Source: Lytechinus pictus (taxonomy: Eukaryota). From it: a stretch of DNA of 64,000 bases. The stretch lies in NCBI RefSeq assembly GCF_037042905.1, contig NC_087252.1, positions 10,666,001 to 10,730,000 on the forward strand, given 5' to 3'. Under the pieces are notes generated by a model that searched no databases, was not told the DNA's origin, and saw nothing but the letters and a program-made list of their open reading frames with translations. Shown piece by piece: positions 27,801 through 41,600 of this stretch. Within the stretch, counting starts at the first letter, position 1. Every line of letters begins with the position of its first letter. A program made the translations under genes and the position numbers.

Positions 27801-30800
27801 GCCAACATGAGTGCCATATTTGAATTGCCTTGTAAATTCATAAGGATTCACAAGCTATCATTCCATGATAATAGATATTGAAACTTGTAATAAACGCCAT
27901 ACCTTTCGTCTGTGTTGCTTCGACTCTTCATGACAAATAACCTCCAGGTGTTTTGCTGTTAACCCTATAGAGAATTTGAATCCCTCCTCGACTTGACAGT
28001 AAGGTACAGAAGAAGCCAGTTCCGTCTTGATTATATCCTGAAACATGCAAAAGATTGACATTTGATTCACAATAATTCCTTGATAATTCATGACAGAGAA
28101 TAAAGTGTTAAAATAGTTAGTAAAAATGACCTTTATCGCAGGGTGCTTCAATAAGATGCGCCACTTTTTTTAATCAGATTAAATCCGGTAGTATTTTACA
28201 AAATTGATTCAGAGTAAATCCTTTGTAGTTAATGGCAAGTGTAAGCAATGATGAGTTGAAGGCTACTATCACTTATCCATATAAGGCTCTTAATTGACTT
28301 TTATGGTAATATCAATACAAGAATACTTAATTAGATTACTGCTTCATTCTTTTTATAATATCCGGAGTTAAGGTGTGCCATCGTCTTTTTAACGTTGCAG
28401 CAGAAATTATATAAATATTTACGAATAACGATTAATTCAATAATATTGCATAGAAAGTTCTTTTTTTCATGAACAAATTTTCCAATTTTGCATAGATTGA
28501 AATATCTTTGTACGCCGGTAATATTTTGAAAATCCTGAAAAGACGCATGCGTCAAGATGCCAAAAAATGGTGAAAATTAAATAGAAATACCTGATCATAT
28601 GTATTGTATGGATAGATTATGTACACGTGTATAGATGGTTGCTGTTCCGGTGTCTTCATAGTGGGCTGGAAGACTAAGCATGTCAGTTGAAGTTCTCGAA
28701 GATTCTTTGAAGACACAGCCAAAACTTCAATATGACGCGTACAAAACTCAATCGTAGATTTTGAGATTCGTGAATCGTCAACAGTCAGCATTCTGCGACC
28801 GAATTTTCCTGAAGTTTGGAAATGGACGTGTTGTTAATTCTGGATCTTCATTAAAATTTGGTTATCGCGCTAAAGTGCCGGGAAGACGAATATATTTCAA
28901 AATCAGACATTTCTCTTTTACATCAATTGAGTATTTTCTACTTAACTATGCATACATTAGTTCTGTGGAAGTGAGTTCGAAATGATGCGGATTCGGTGCA
29001 GATATTATCCTAAAGGTTCTTATCCTTATGAGGTAATTGTTCACCTGATGAGATTGTGGCCGTCAACGGAATAACTTTGGGTCAAACTTGACCTGGTGTG
29101 TGTTTCATAAAGCTATTTGTAAAATTACGCACAACCTTACGCACGACTGGAACATGTTTTTAGGTCATGAATCAAATATACAGGGATATCAATTAGCTCA
29201 AGAAAGGATCACCAGTCGTGCGTAAAATCATTCGTATCTTACGAACAGCCTTATGAAACACCCACCTGAACTTCTAAGAGTGGATACATTCTGATTTCAA
29301 ACTACAACCAAGGTGAATTGGACGATTTTCATGACTAAATTCATACCTGACTCGGTCTTGGTGTACAATACAACAGAAGAATCGTCGTTTTGTTCCCGGA
29401 ACTTAACACAGTGTGGCAGTACTATCGATGCCGGCTTGAGAAGTTCTTGATGGACAGAAGTCTCGATGACCGGAGTAATAAGAACTTCATCGTCGTGTAT
29501 GGGAATTCTGGGAGTATTGCGGATTGATACGCGAATGGTGACGGTTGATCTCATTCCTTTCGGAATAGCCCCTTCAGGAATAGATACAGTAACTCCAAGT
29601 TCATCGAGGGTCAGCCTTCCTTTCTTATGATCAATGATGCCGTACGAGATGAAAAATGGATACGTTGAATGACATGACAGGCCTTGGAGGGGGTGGGTCA
29701 ATATAACAAAAATATATTAAAACATACTATTTTGTTATAGATGATTCTTTTAAAGAGTTTCACAATGAAGTGAAAATCGTCAGAGGCGATGTACGAATGA
29801 AACGGATGTTTTAAAGGTTCTATGACACTTGCTAAGGCGAGAATTGCTCCAGTGTAAATTCCAAACACTGATAGAATGACTAACCCCAACCCTGGATTTA
29901 ACGCTATACTCTATCCTAAACCCAATCCTAAGCGTGTATCATTTTCCATCGAGGCAGCACCCCAGGTGATGTGGAAGATGTGTAAAAGTTGAAAGATGTA
30001 TCCAAATGACCTCCATTCTTTAGTGAATTTTTTTTATTGTTTTGCTTTTAAAATTTCTCTGGACCAATAAGATTTGTAGAGAAAACCTTTTTTTTAAATT
30101 TCAAATTTACATCAGCACCCACAGTAAAAAAACATCGATCCCAGGGCCCTGACCCTAAGCCTAACATTAAAAACTATTGCAACTCTAACTCTATATCTTA
30201 CAGGATATATAGCCCGGAACAATTGTCGCCGGAGCAAATGTCGTATCACCGTTGTGGTAAAAGCGTTACCTTTTTCTAAGAGTTCTGCGCAATTAAAACG
30301 AAAAGCCTGAGCTACAACCAGAAGCCTCTCACGAGTTCCACCCTTGTTGGCCCATTGTATCAGCAGTTGCAGAGCAGCAGAAACAACCATGTGTGGTGCA
30401 AAGTCTACAGATGTGTTAATTATCTCCATGACGATGGAAGGCTGAACTCCCAAATGACGAATTAAGACGAGTAGATCTGAGTCAGACCGAATGAGTTTTG
30501 CTATTTCATCATAGCCTCCTGACAAAGAAGAACAATATTTGACACGATTATGATGCTCATATTTACATAAATACAATTGAAATGAATATGGAGGGTCTTG
30601 ACATAGGACTTCATAAAGGGGATTCAAGGCCCGGTCCCACAGCACTTGCCGATGCATAGCGGATGTAAAACGGAAAAAAAAACTTGCCATCCGTTGAAAT
30701 ACGCTCTCTCCTTCGAGCATCCGTCATCCGTCAACTGTGATTTCATCCGTGCAAACAGTTATGAGCTGCACAAAACTTTCAGAACGGATGAACTTTCCAC

Positions 30801-32057
30801 CGTGTACGAATGTATACGCGAAATAATACGAACAACTATGTCCGTTTTCATCCGTTTAACGTCCGCTTCATCCCCTCTGCATCCTCGCAACTCAGATCCA
30901 CTGAAGCTTAACAAGGGAAAGAGGGACGAAAGATAATACATGGAACGTCTATACATCGTTAGTAACAAGGGAATAGAAAGGATGTAAGTGTATGCATCTC
31001 GTAAATAAAGTATTCAAAACCCCCGGTACCCCTTCGGATCTTATGTACACTTACGTACACTTATGTGCACTTATCCATGCTTATTTATAATCCACCTCCG
31101 TCCGTTTTCATCCAAAAGATTTCCGATGAACAACCGTTTAACATCCGCGGTACTTATACCCACGTTTATTTTTGAAATTTTTTGGAACGGATGAAAATGG
31201 ATGGAAATTTTGCTCGTCCACTGTATCCTTTATTAATGTGTTTTGCGTCCTTCAGCTAGTGGGACCAGGCTTTTAAGACTACCGCAAGGAAAAAAAACCG
31301 CTCGGCTGAACGGAAAATTGACTCAGACTAATGCATTTCAGTTTCAACCAATATGCCCATTCCTGTAATATGTGAAGTACACTCGCCATTTTGCTTTAGA
31401 AGAACTTAAAATGAGAACGTTTCTGAAAATTCATTCACAGGTTGCATAGGCTAGTAAGTTAAAGAGAGATTTAAAATAACCTGTTTTGTCACCGGTGATG
31501 TTGTACTTCATTATAAGCTCGTGGAGTTCAACCTCCCTTAATCCTTCTTGTAAGCCATCATGCCACATGAGAAGGATTTGCTTTGCTGTAGCATCCAGTA
31601 ATGAAGGAGTCTGCTGAGTGACGAAACCGACTATGCTGATGTCATCAATGCGAAGGGCTTTCCCAAGTGAACATGCTATTTGTAAGGTTTTGACTTGACG
31701 AGCCACACTGCAAAGTTCTTCTGAGTTTGGTATTCCACCGTGTTGATCAAGATCCTCATGCGTTTCCCCGTGCTTACAAGAAGGCCCGAGTGGATCATTA
31801 TCTTAAAAAATATATAATTATGAGAACAATAAATAATCATGATTGATTTGGACTTGGAAATATAATTCCATACCTTTTTTGCTTATTTTCCAATTACATG
31901 CTTCCTATTCAATAAAAATAATACATATTTTATCGTTATACCAAGGCCTTAGATATACAGTGCGTTAAAAAAAAACACTTTTGAAATTGCTGCCAAATAA
32001 AAAAATGTATCACTTTGGGGGAGAAGACTTATATATTATACTATATTATACATATAC

Positions 32058-32109
<52 letters not shown>

Positions 32110-32564
32110 TAAGTTATACATGTACCACAGCTTTGGCAACTCTTTTATTTAAATATTGTGTGAAAGAAATGGATGAAGAGAACAATGGTAGGCGTAGCTT
32201 AAATCAAGGTTCCCCAGAGCTATCTACCCTTTTGGAAAAATTGGTGATGCCGAAAAAATGTCTCTGCCGGGAATCGAACCCGGGCCCCCAGCTTTGAACG
32301 CCGGTGCCTTAACCAGGGCTAGGGCGACCCCGATCCCACTAACCCATCTCTGTGGTCTAGTGGTTAAGGCACCGGCGTTCAAAGCTGGGGGCCCGGGTTC
32401 GATTCCCGGCAGAGACATTTTTTCGGCATCACCAATTTTTCCAAAAGGGTAGATAGCTCTGGGGAACCTTGATTTAAGCTACGCCTACCATTGTTCTCTT
32501 CATCCATTTCTTTCACACAATATTTAAATAAAAGAGTTGCCAAAGCTGTTACATAACTTAACAC

Positions 32565-32620
<56 letters not shown>

Positions 32621-35600
32621 GGAAAGCCAATAAAATAAACTTTTAAATGACACCAAAAAGTGAGAAAACTATTCATGCTTGAGTGAGCACTACCCACTGA
32701 AACAAAGGGTATGTAAATTAGTCTGGGCAGGAATAAGCCTTCCAATTTCTGCCAGTTTTTAGAGGCGAGTCCATTGGAACTTGAATGTGTTACAATTAAT
32801 GATCAATCGTGATCAATTGTGGCTGTTTTTAGCAAATCTAATGATTATTAAATCGAAATTTATTGCATGAGTGAACAGGAATTGCAATTTTAGTGCAGCA
32901 TTTTAACTTTTCATGTGGATCTCCACATAGTATTTATGGGAGTCATGAGAATAGGGGATGAGGTAAGGATTTAAATGGTTGATGAGATAAGGGTCAACAG
33001 AATATTTAAAATGCTACACTAAAATTCCAAATCTTGTTCACTCATGCATTTAATTTCAATTTAGTAGCTCGTGTAATTTGCCTTAATAAGAAACTTATCT
33101 CATTTGATCATTAATTTAGTATAAACTCTTCACTTTGCAAGTTCCAAAGGACTCACCTCTTAATAAAGTGGAAGGTAAATTCATGCCCAGCCTGGCCAAG
33201 CCTAGTCTCTCGGGGGGTGGGGGGAGGGGGGGGGGTGAGAAGGAGGGAGGGGATGGCTAGATGTTCTTTTGACCCTTATCCCATTAACCTACTTCACCCA
33301 TTTAAGTCCTTATCTCTCCCTCATACTTTCATGTCCCCTATAAACACACGTCTGAGATCCGCGTGGAAAGTTAAAATGCTGCACCAAAAGTTGCAATTCA
33401 TGTTCACTTGTAATGCATTAAATTTACATTTTATAACTTATGAAATTTCATCAAACAACCAAAACAAGCGATCGATCATTAATTATTATCACAAGACCCT
33501 CAACTTTGCAAGTTCCAAAGGCAAATGATCCGCCTCTCAAAAACTGGCAGAAATTGTGAGGCGAATTCCAGCCAAGCCTAATTTTCATACCCTTTGTTTA
33601 AGTGAGCAGTGCTCACTCAAGCATGAATAATTTTCAAACTTTTTGTGTCATTTGAAAGTTTACTTTATTGGCTTTCCAGAAAATTTGAAACTTTTTCCCC
33701 AAAGTGATATAGCTTTTTGTTTGACAGCCATTTCAAAAGTGTATAGTTTTTTGGGACGCACTGTAGATGGTCGGATCAACTAATGAATTGCTATAGATTA
33801 TAGAGTAGCATAAAGGAAACAAAATAATGGTGTTATTTATCTGTAACTTTTTTCATACAAATAATTCTGTGACATCATTTGAAAATGATCAGGTTTAAAA
33901 ATTTGCATTGAAATAATATGTACGAAATTATACCTCTCGAGTGACCGTCGAATAAATATTGCAAACTAGAAGTATATTAAATAGAAGATCAAACCAATGT
34001 GCAGGTAGGGCCTATACATGAGGCGAAAAAGTCATAAAGAAGAGCGTGAAATTTCGAGCGGTTTCGACGTGTCGATAAAAACAACAGGAGGCATTATGCC
34101 CACCCCGGTAAGTTATCAGAAATCAATTGTATCATCTCGATAACCCATATCCCAAAACGATTTTATTTCGTTTCTGCTTACCTGTTTCGGAAAAGTCAAT
34201 GATCTCCATCTTTTCAGGTTCGCTTTCGAGCTCATTGGGCTTGGTCATTTCCACAACATTCTGTTTTAGATCTGCAGATGTATCTTCTTCTGAAATAAAA
34301 TAGTTCCTAATACATCAATATTTCATTCAACTTGTAAATAAGTACTACTGAAGATAGTTTACATTCATAGTTTACATTACATTATAGTTTACATTACATT
34401 TACGACTTTTTATGTAGTGAGGATTACATTTGTTCACAAACGGGCATATTGAACAGCCTTCCTGTTTGCAGTCAATAGTTATATCGCTATGCAGTAACTG
34501 ATATACTATGCAAAGTCTTCTTCTTTTTTTTACTGTGGAGAAACTTAAATCTCCCCGATGCATTCCACGTATTTGTCAATTGAATACAAAAGTTGTTTTA
34601 ATACAAGTCTTCAGTTTCGTCGTTTTACTATTTTATCGGTTTAAATCCAATCCAAGCGAGCCCATTAAACAATAAAATTAGCCGACTTCAGTTTCCCCCC
34701 CATACCTTCTAAATGTTCAGCCTTTTCCACTGATTGTACAGATTCCCAAACACATTTCAAAGTTTCTATCGCCTTTTCTCCGGGAGGCTGAGATGATTTC
34801 CATTTAGAAAGCATCAGGATGTTGGTGTCTCTCCTGTTAGGAAATGTCCGGTGTTTTATGTGTTCAAGCTCTGTCGAAGTGAGACCAAGTTTTATTCCAG
34901 TCTCGAAGTACTTCTCTTGTTTTATCTTTCTGGATAAATGGAGTAGCGTCTTGTCTGGGATTTCACTGTACACTCTAAAAATAAATCAGTCAAAAATGAC
35001 TAGTTAATAGGGTCAGCTGGGTGCAACTGTTATTCTAGTCATATTTGACTATTTTCTAGACATATTTTACTAGAACATAGTTATTTCTGACTAGAAAATA
35101 TGTCAGAAATGTGAATATCAGTGATTGCCATATCAGTTGCTCCTAGTTGACTACTGGTCTAGTCAATTTGACTGATTTGTGTTAAGAGTGTATAATTGTA
35201 AGGAAAAAACTAGGAAATGAATCTTCATTTAATGATTTTGTTGTTCATAATGAAAAAGGTTTGCAATTCTCAAATCTCAATGTGTTGATTGACTTTGCTC
35301 AAACTTTGTAAGAGAGGATTTTACCCGTTTTTAATTGACTGGAATCGTACAGTCTTAGCAGAATATGATTGAGGATGATGCAGATTATTACCAACAAATT
35401 AGAAATCGTAATACATCGGTCACATTTGCTCTACGGCGGCCGTACTGCGAGTTAAAAACAGGCGTTTTAACATTTTTTGTACCATTTACATATAGGTGGT
35501 TCGAATAAAAATGAATAAAACGGCTGTTTTTGACTCGCCGTGCGGCCGCTGTAGAGCAAATGTGACCAATGTATAAATACAAACAAATAATTGGATAAGT

Positions 35601-38600
35601 TCAGATATAGAAACAGTATAACATATTTACAAACTGTGAAATGAAGTGCTTACCCCGATGAACTTGCTTGTAATGCAAACCGATCTGTTACAGAAAATGA
35701 GGAAAGAAAAGTGACAAAAAAGGGTTTCGGTCAAATGATATCTGAATCCATTTTCTGTTTATCTAGCTTCCAAACCGTTTTCATACTTTCCCACAAAGAT
35801 ACACCATCGAGCTATTGGCTTACATTTTTGTCCACTATTGCCTTCATTCCCAAAGCGCTCACCTATCTCTTCTCGCTTTGCTGTAATATCACCTTTTCTA
35901 CCCCCCCCCCTCTCCTTATGCATTTCTTAAGCACACGCCTATAAACTCCATTCTCAGACACTAAACAATAATCCTGAAACACCATTCATATATCTCACAA
36001 CCAAAAACATACATTCCATCAACGCACGCGCATCCGTGCATCCATCCACACTCCCCACACCCTCATACCCTACCCACACAGGCAAACTCACTCCATCGCA
36101 TTTCCCACACCCACACCCTCGTACACAGAACACACGGGGCAACACATCTTCTCACTTGCACTCGCCCACCTCCTCGTGCACCACCAAAACAAACAGGCCA
36201 GCACACGCACACTGTCCACACCACATTCTCGTACCCAGAACACACAGACCAACACATGCACACACATTGCCCACATACTGGTACCCATGCAGAAGACGCA
36301 GGCCAACATATATGTACACACTCTGCCCACAAATCCTAACACATGTCTTACACCCACATCGTCGTATGTGAACCACCCGGACAGAACACATATGCCAACA
36401 AATCCCCGCACATTGAACACACCCCCATCCTCGTGCAAACTCTCGAACACGCAGCCAAACATATACATGTATACGCACACTGCCACACCCACATGTTCAT
36501 TATACACAACCGGAACACACCGGCCAACACGAACACCAACAGTGTTTCCGTGTTACGCGTGTTTCATTAATATCAACCTTTTCTATGGCTGGACTTGCCC
36601 TTAGATTTAAGGTCTGATTCTTTTTTTCAGATACATGGAACCGTGATACTCTCCCCCGATCTGTTCTTCAACCCACTTTTACTTGGTTGTATCAAGCGCT
36701 AATCTTCTATTTTAGGATTCATACAACTGTTAGCACGCGGTGTTTCTGCATCCTATATCCTCCGACCTCCATCCGAATCAATAACATGTTACCCATCTTA
36801 GAGTATGGTTTGGCTGCTGGACATCCAACAACCTCAAGACAGGTATACAAGCTTGAGCGTTTTCAGAGTATAGCCACGAGACCAGTGGCGTAACAGGGGT
36901 CGGTTGCCAGGGGGGGCAAGAGCCAAAAATTTCCCGGTCATATCATGGTATGAACAGGATTTTTTATGATTGTGCCCCGAGCATTAGGGCAAAGCTCAAT
37001 GCGTGATAAGTATCCCCCCCCAAAAAAAAAAAAAAAGAGGGGGCACAGCATGCTTAATATAAGTCCCGAGCGAGCGAAGCGAGCGAGAAAAAAAAGAGCT
37101 TTTCATGAGAATTGAGATTGATTGTGACATGGTATTCAGAAAATAACATCATATCTTACATCTTCCTTTCCTTTTCTTTCATCTTTTCTTTTATGTTCTC
37201 GGTTGTAGAACTTTTGGGGCCAGTGCTATGCGGATCGGGTCTGGGGCAATGGCGGCCCAGGATTTTTAACCTCGGGGGAGGCAAAAGAACATTTGGGGGC
37301 GGGTCAACACACAAATATTTTGCCTATTTCTCAAAATCGAGCAAGAAGCGCGAGCTATTTGTTTTTAATGTAGACCCTATTGACTTGAAAAGGGACCTGT
37401 TGAGGACTAGATGTTTGCATTGGGTCATGAAGTTAATACCTCACCAAATAAATAATGTGAGCGCGAAGCGCGAGCTGAAAATTTTTAACATCCTGAGATG
37501 ATAACTGGACGGTTTGTAAGCACTTTTTTGTAATCATGAACTGGATGGCTATCTAATTAAACATTTGATGCGAGCGCGCGTAGCGCGAGCTGAAATTTTT
37601 TATTTATGAAAATTATGAATAGGCAGGATGCGTATCTCGCCAAAACGAATAATAAAAACTCTAATCACGAAAAGCATATTGACTTGAACAATGGATTATT
37701 AAGCCCCATTTGAACAGATAATTTACTTATCTCAGTCAACAGCTACTGCGAGCGTGTATAGCGCGGGCGACATTTTGAATTTTAAAAATGACCTGAGAGA
37801 TTTATGTGAGTGACAAAAATTATTGGGAGCTAACAGTGAATGGATGAGAACATTTACACAATTTAAGGAACGAAAAAGCTGTTTCGGAGCACTTAGCAGC
37901 TTTAGTAGACTGCCTATGACAACATTTACTATACATTTCTTTTATTTTTAAAATTTTGGGAGTGGGGCCAACTCACTGGGGGCAAATGCCCCCCGTGCCT
38001 CCCCCTTCCTGCCGCTACTGGTCTGGTGCGGAGCCCCCGGAACGTCGGGATATTTTTAAACATTGCAGATGGCCACTGTTTTATCAAAACGCGGGTACAT
38101 ACATAACCCATATAACTTCAACGCAGTTGCGGATAAAAAACAAAATATTTCGAGGCAGCACAACATTGCAAATGTGGAAAAATTTATAAAAGTCGCCAGC
38201 GAGCGAAGCGAGCCAGAAAAAAATGGTCTTTAAAAATGATTTTGAAATTAAATTCTACTTATGTCCCGGGGGGCCACTTACATTGACGAGTGGATACCAT
38301 GCGCGACCAAAAAAACACGTAAAAAGGATGTCTTTTTCAAGATAGGGCACGTTACGTACGTAACGTGATAAGGGTTTTTTTTTCCTGGGACACTTTGTCC
38401 TGATTGCGACCATTATATATTGCATACAATTTAGCAAGCTTATTATAGACGCCATCCACCTTTCTTACCGTTCTTTATATTTTTCAATCCTTGGCAACCC
38501 GGTCGTGTTATTAAGGTGGTTGCTTGCTTACAAGCATTCATGCTTCCTTATGAATCAGGTAAAAAATCACCACCACCACCTTAAAGTTCGCTTATTATTT

Positions 38601-41600
38601 ACGTCCCTTTTCTCTATATATTCTGATTTTCCAATTAAGCATTTGGTTCTTCCTTCATTTCCCGTTTCTTTCTGCCTCTTTCTCCCATTTCCCCGCTATT
38701 CTTGCCCGTGCATGCCATTGCTGAGTCATCCCTTTTTATTTTATATCCCTCTCTTGCTAATCATGCTATGGTATTAGTATTTCAGGATATTTATACATCC
38801 TCACGTGTTCTTCTCTCCTTCTTTTTCCCGCTTTCCTTCTATTTTCCCTATTTATGTTCTTCCTTTCTTTCCCTTTCTTTTATTTTTTTCCCTTTCCCTT
38901 TTTCCCTTTCCTCTTTTTCTTTCTTTCTTTCCCTTCCCCTTTCTCTCTTTCTCCCTTTTCTCTTTTTTCCCGCTTTTTTTTAATTTTCCCGGTGAAATCC
39001 CTGCCCCCCCCCGCCTGTTACGCCACTGCACGAGACTTGCCCTAAAACAGCGTTGTGGTGAGATGCTCTATAGGCTCTAACTATTCACTGGTCGTCGCTT
39101 CTCGACGGAATTGTCTCCTATGTCCATTTGCATTTAAGCGTCTTCATAGAATTGCAACTATCTACCCCCGGCATCTTGAACAAATTTTATTATCGTCATT
39201 TGCCCTCCAGAACCGCCCTCCAGTCTATTTTCTTTTCGCCCTCTTGACGCCTTCCAAGACTTTGGAACTCTTTCCATTTGAGTAATAGATATGATGGTGT
39301 CTCAACTTTCTTATTTTTGTTCTTCGTTGAAGAGAGACCTTGAATGTCTTTACTTTCTTGTCATTTTATTTTAACCTTTTTTTCACCTCGTTCTCATTAT
39401 ACTCGTGCACCCTCAAAACATACAGGCCAACACAAGCATGTGTATCCACGCACACACTTCCCACACCCATAAAAACATCCTCATCCTCGTGGAACATCCT
39501 CGACATACACACACAAAGCACAAACACGTACGTTTATCGATTCTCACACATCCCCCACCCACTCAAAAAGAACACATTCTTATTTTCGTCTCTATAATCT
39601 CCATACCTTCATCCATGGAGTCCAATGATGTCATTATTGAGATTAGTTTCTCCACTGCTGCTTGACCAGAGGCTTGTGTCTGCCGCCATTTTACTAGGAT
39701 GTCATAGAAGGCCTGTTGTCTGTCTCCCAATCTTCGGTACTCTATAGCATCCAACTGTGGGATCGGGAAACCGAGAGCTACCCCTAAATCATAAAAGTGA
39801 TCCACTGTCATCTTTTCAGCAATGTCGAGGACATCAACTTCATTGAGGCAACCTTTTGAGACTTCTTCAATAATTCTGAAAGAAGGGGATAAAAGTAATT
39901 AAAGTGCAGTAATCAAAGTTAGACGATCATTATCCGCTTACGAAGTAAAATTCAAATTGGCTCTATAGTTGACCAAAACGGTAATGCAGATAATGCAAAA
40001 ACAGGATATTACATAGAAAAGTCTTCTTTTCAGATAAATATCATGGACAATTACTGCCTCCATCAAAATCAACCAAAACCTCACAATGACACAGTCACAT
40101 TTGACGCTAAATTCGAAGTTCAAAATAGTACATAGTGTCATTTAAGACCCTCTCCCCATATTGACCATTCACTACAGCAACGTGGTCGCTCTAGTACAAA
40201 GCCTAGGAGAATGAATTAACTCAGTAGTCAACGACTTGATATAAAAAAGTTGCATCTTACCGTCCAAAAGCAATGGGTTCCAATTCCTGTTCATCTGTAT
40301 CAAAACAAAAGAGATAATAAAATCACAGCTGCATTCTGACTGACATGTTTCTTTTAAATCACTCGCATTGACATCATGGAATGAATCAACTGCCACCTAA
40401 AAACATATACATAATGAGTTTTTAAAAAGATAAATGTCCATGAATAAAATCATATAAATTGTTTTGTATGTGAGTGGTGCATTCAAATTGCAACTGGGCA
40501 GATAATAGCCTCTCTTTAAAAATCATATGAACACTAGCATGGCCATACATACCAGAGCATCTAATGACAAAACTAATAGCTACTAAAACATCGTCCTGTC
40601 TCCCAGTCCGTGTAAGAATGACGGTCACTGGAAGATCCGTGTCATCTTCAAGCGGAGGTACAGGGAGAACAATTCGGTGTTGCATTCTACTTTGAACGTC
40701 TTTGAGTAGGAGTACCTGTCGTCCACAACGCAAAGAGAAAACGGGTGAAAAAGTTTTCATTGTCAAGATGATAACGTCATTTCAATGTAATCATAAACTA
40801 ATGTAAAACAAACAAATCAATTACCTTCTTGTCCAATTCATCATCACCACGATAACATGCTACATTGATATTCCCAGACTTGGAGGCAATACTGATGGGA
40901 ATAGAGGGATGAGCCTTGTGGAAAGACTGCTTCTTCTCCTCCTCTTGGATTTCCTGTTGAACCAAAATGCAATCGGAGGTCAGAAATATAATCGTAGTGC
41001 TACATTTTAAAGTTTACTAACATCTCAATATGAGGGGGAAATTCAGACTCTCTTGCTAATTATGCATAAAAAAATTATAACATCTAAAGCTTCAGGAATG
41101 TGACAACAAATCAACATATAGCAACAAAAATTAAAAATGAATAGTCGCAGGCAGACAGTATGGCACATAAAACGTGGCTAGATGTACTGTCCGTTCATCT
41201 TTCCGCGATACTTGATACAGTTTAATCGACCATATTTACTGTACACGGGATTATTCAGTATTCGATGGTTTTCCGGGGTTTTCTCTTGTTCCAGTCATAG
41301 TAACTACTTCTAATACTAGGTTTACTTCTATTACTTAATATCCGATACTTATCATAACGATTCCATACCCTTCAATTGCCACTGTTTTAATGAACTATCA
41401 TCATCATTACCAGGACCAAAATCCAATTGAAACGAGTTAGATTTCCAAGTGGTTTCAACTGGTTTCAATTGGTGTTAACTGAATGAAACAATTTCCAATT
41501 GACACCAGTCGGGCAACTGGAAACCCTAACCATTCGAGTAACTGGAAATGTCTTCCAACTGGAAATGACTTCTAACTGGAACCAGTTGGGTAACTAGAAA

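Larger units (their letters stand above)
31958..33763. mobile_element. Tc1/mariner-type long-TIR non-autonomous element with a nested insertion
   Basis: TA|CAGTGCGT ... ACGCACTG|TA; long inverted arms (32621-32800 versus 33490-33680). Confidence 0.8.

Noticed and set aside
30519..30720. N-terminal part of the 202-aa ORF 30112..30720
   Set aside because: It runs through intron and a MITE; only 30270-30518 is bounded by splice sites and is death-fold-like.
32346..32417. Selenocysteine tRNA
   Set aside because: The anticodon is TCA, but the variable arm is 4 nt and the stems are standard; sister copies have TCC/TCT.
35954..36604. Cluster of overlapping His/Thr/Pro- and Val/Cys-rich ORFs
   Set aside because: CA-rich low-complexity DNA that is open in most frames, with no domain signal.
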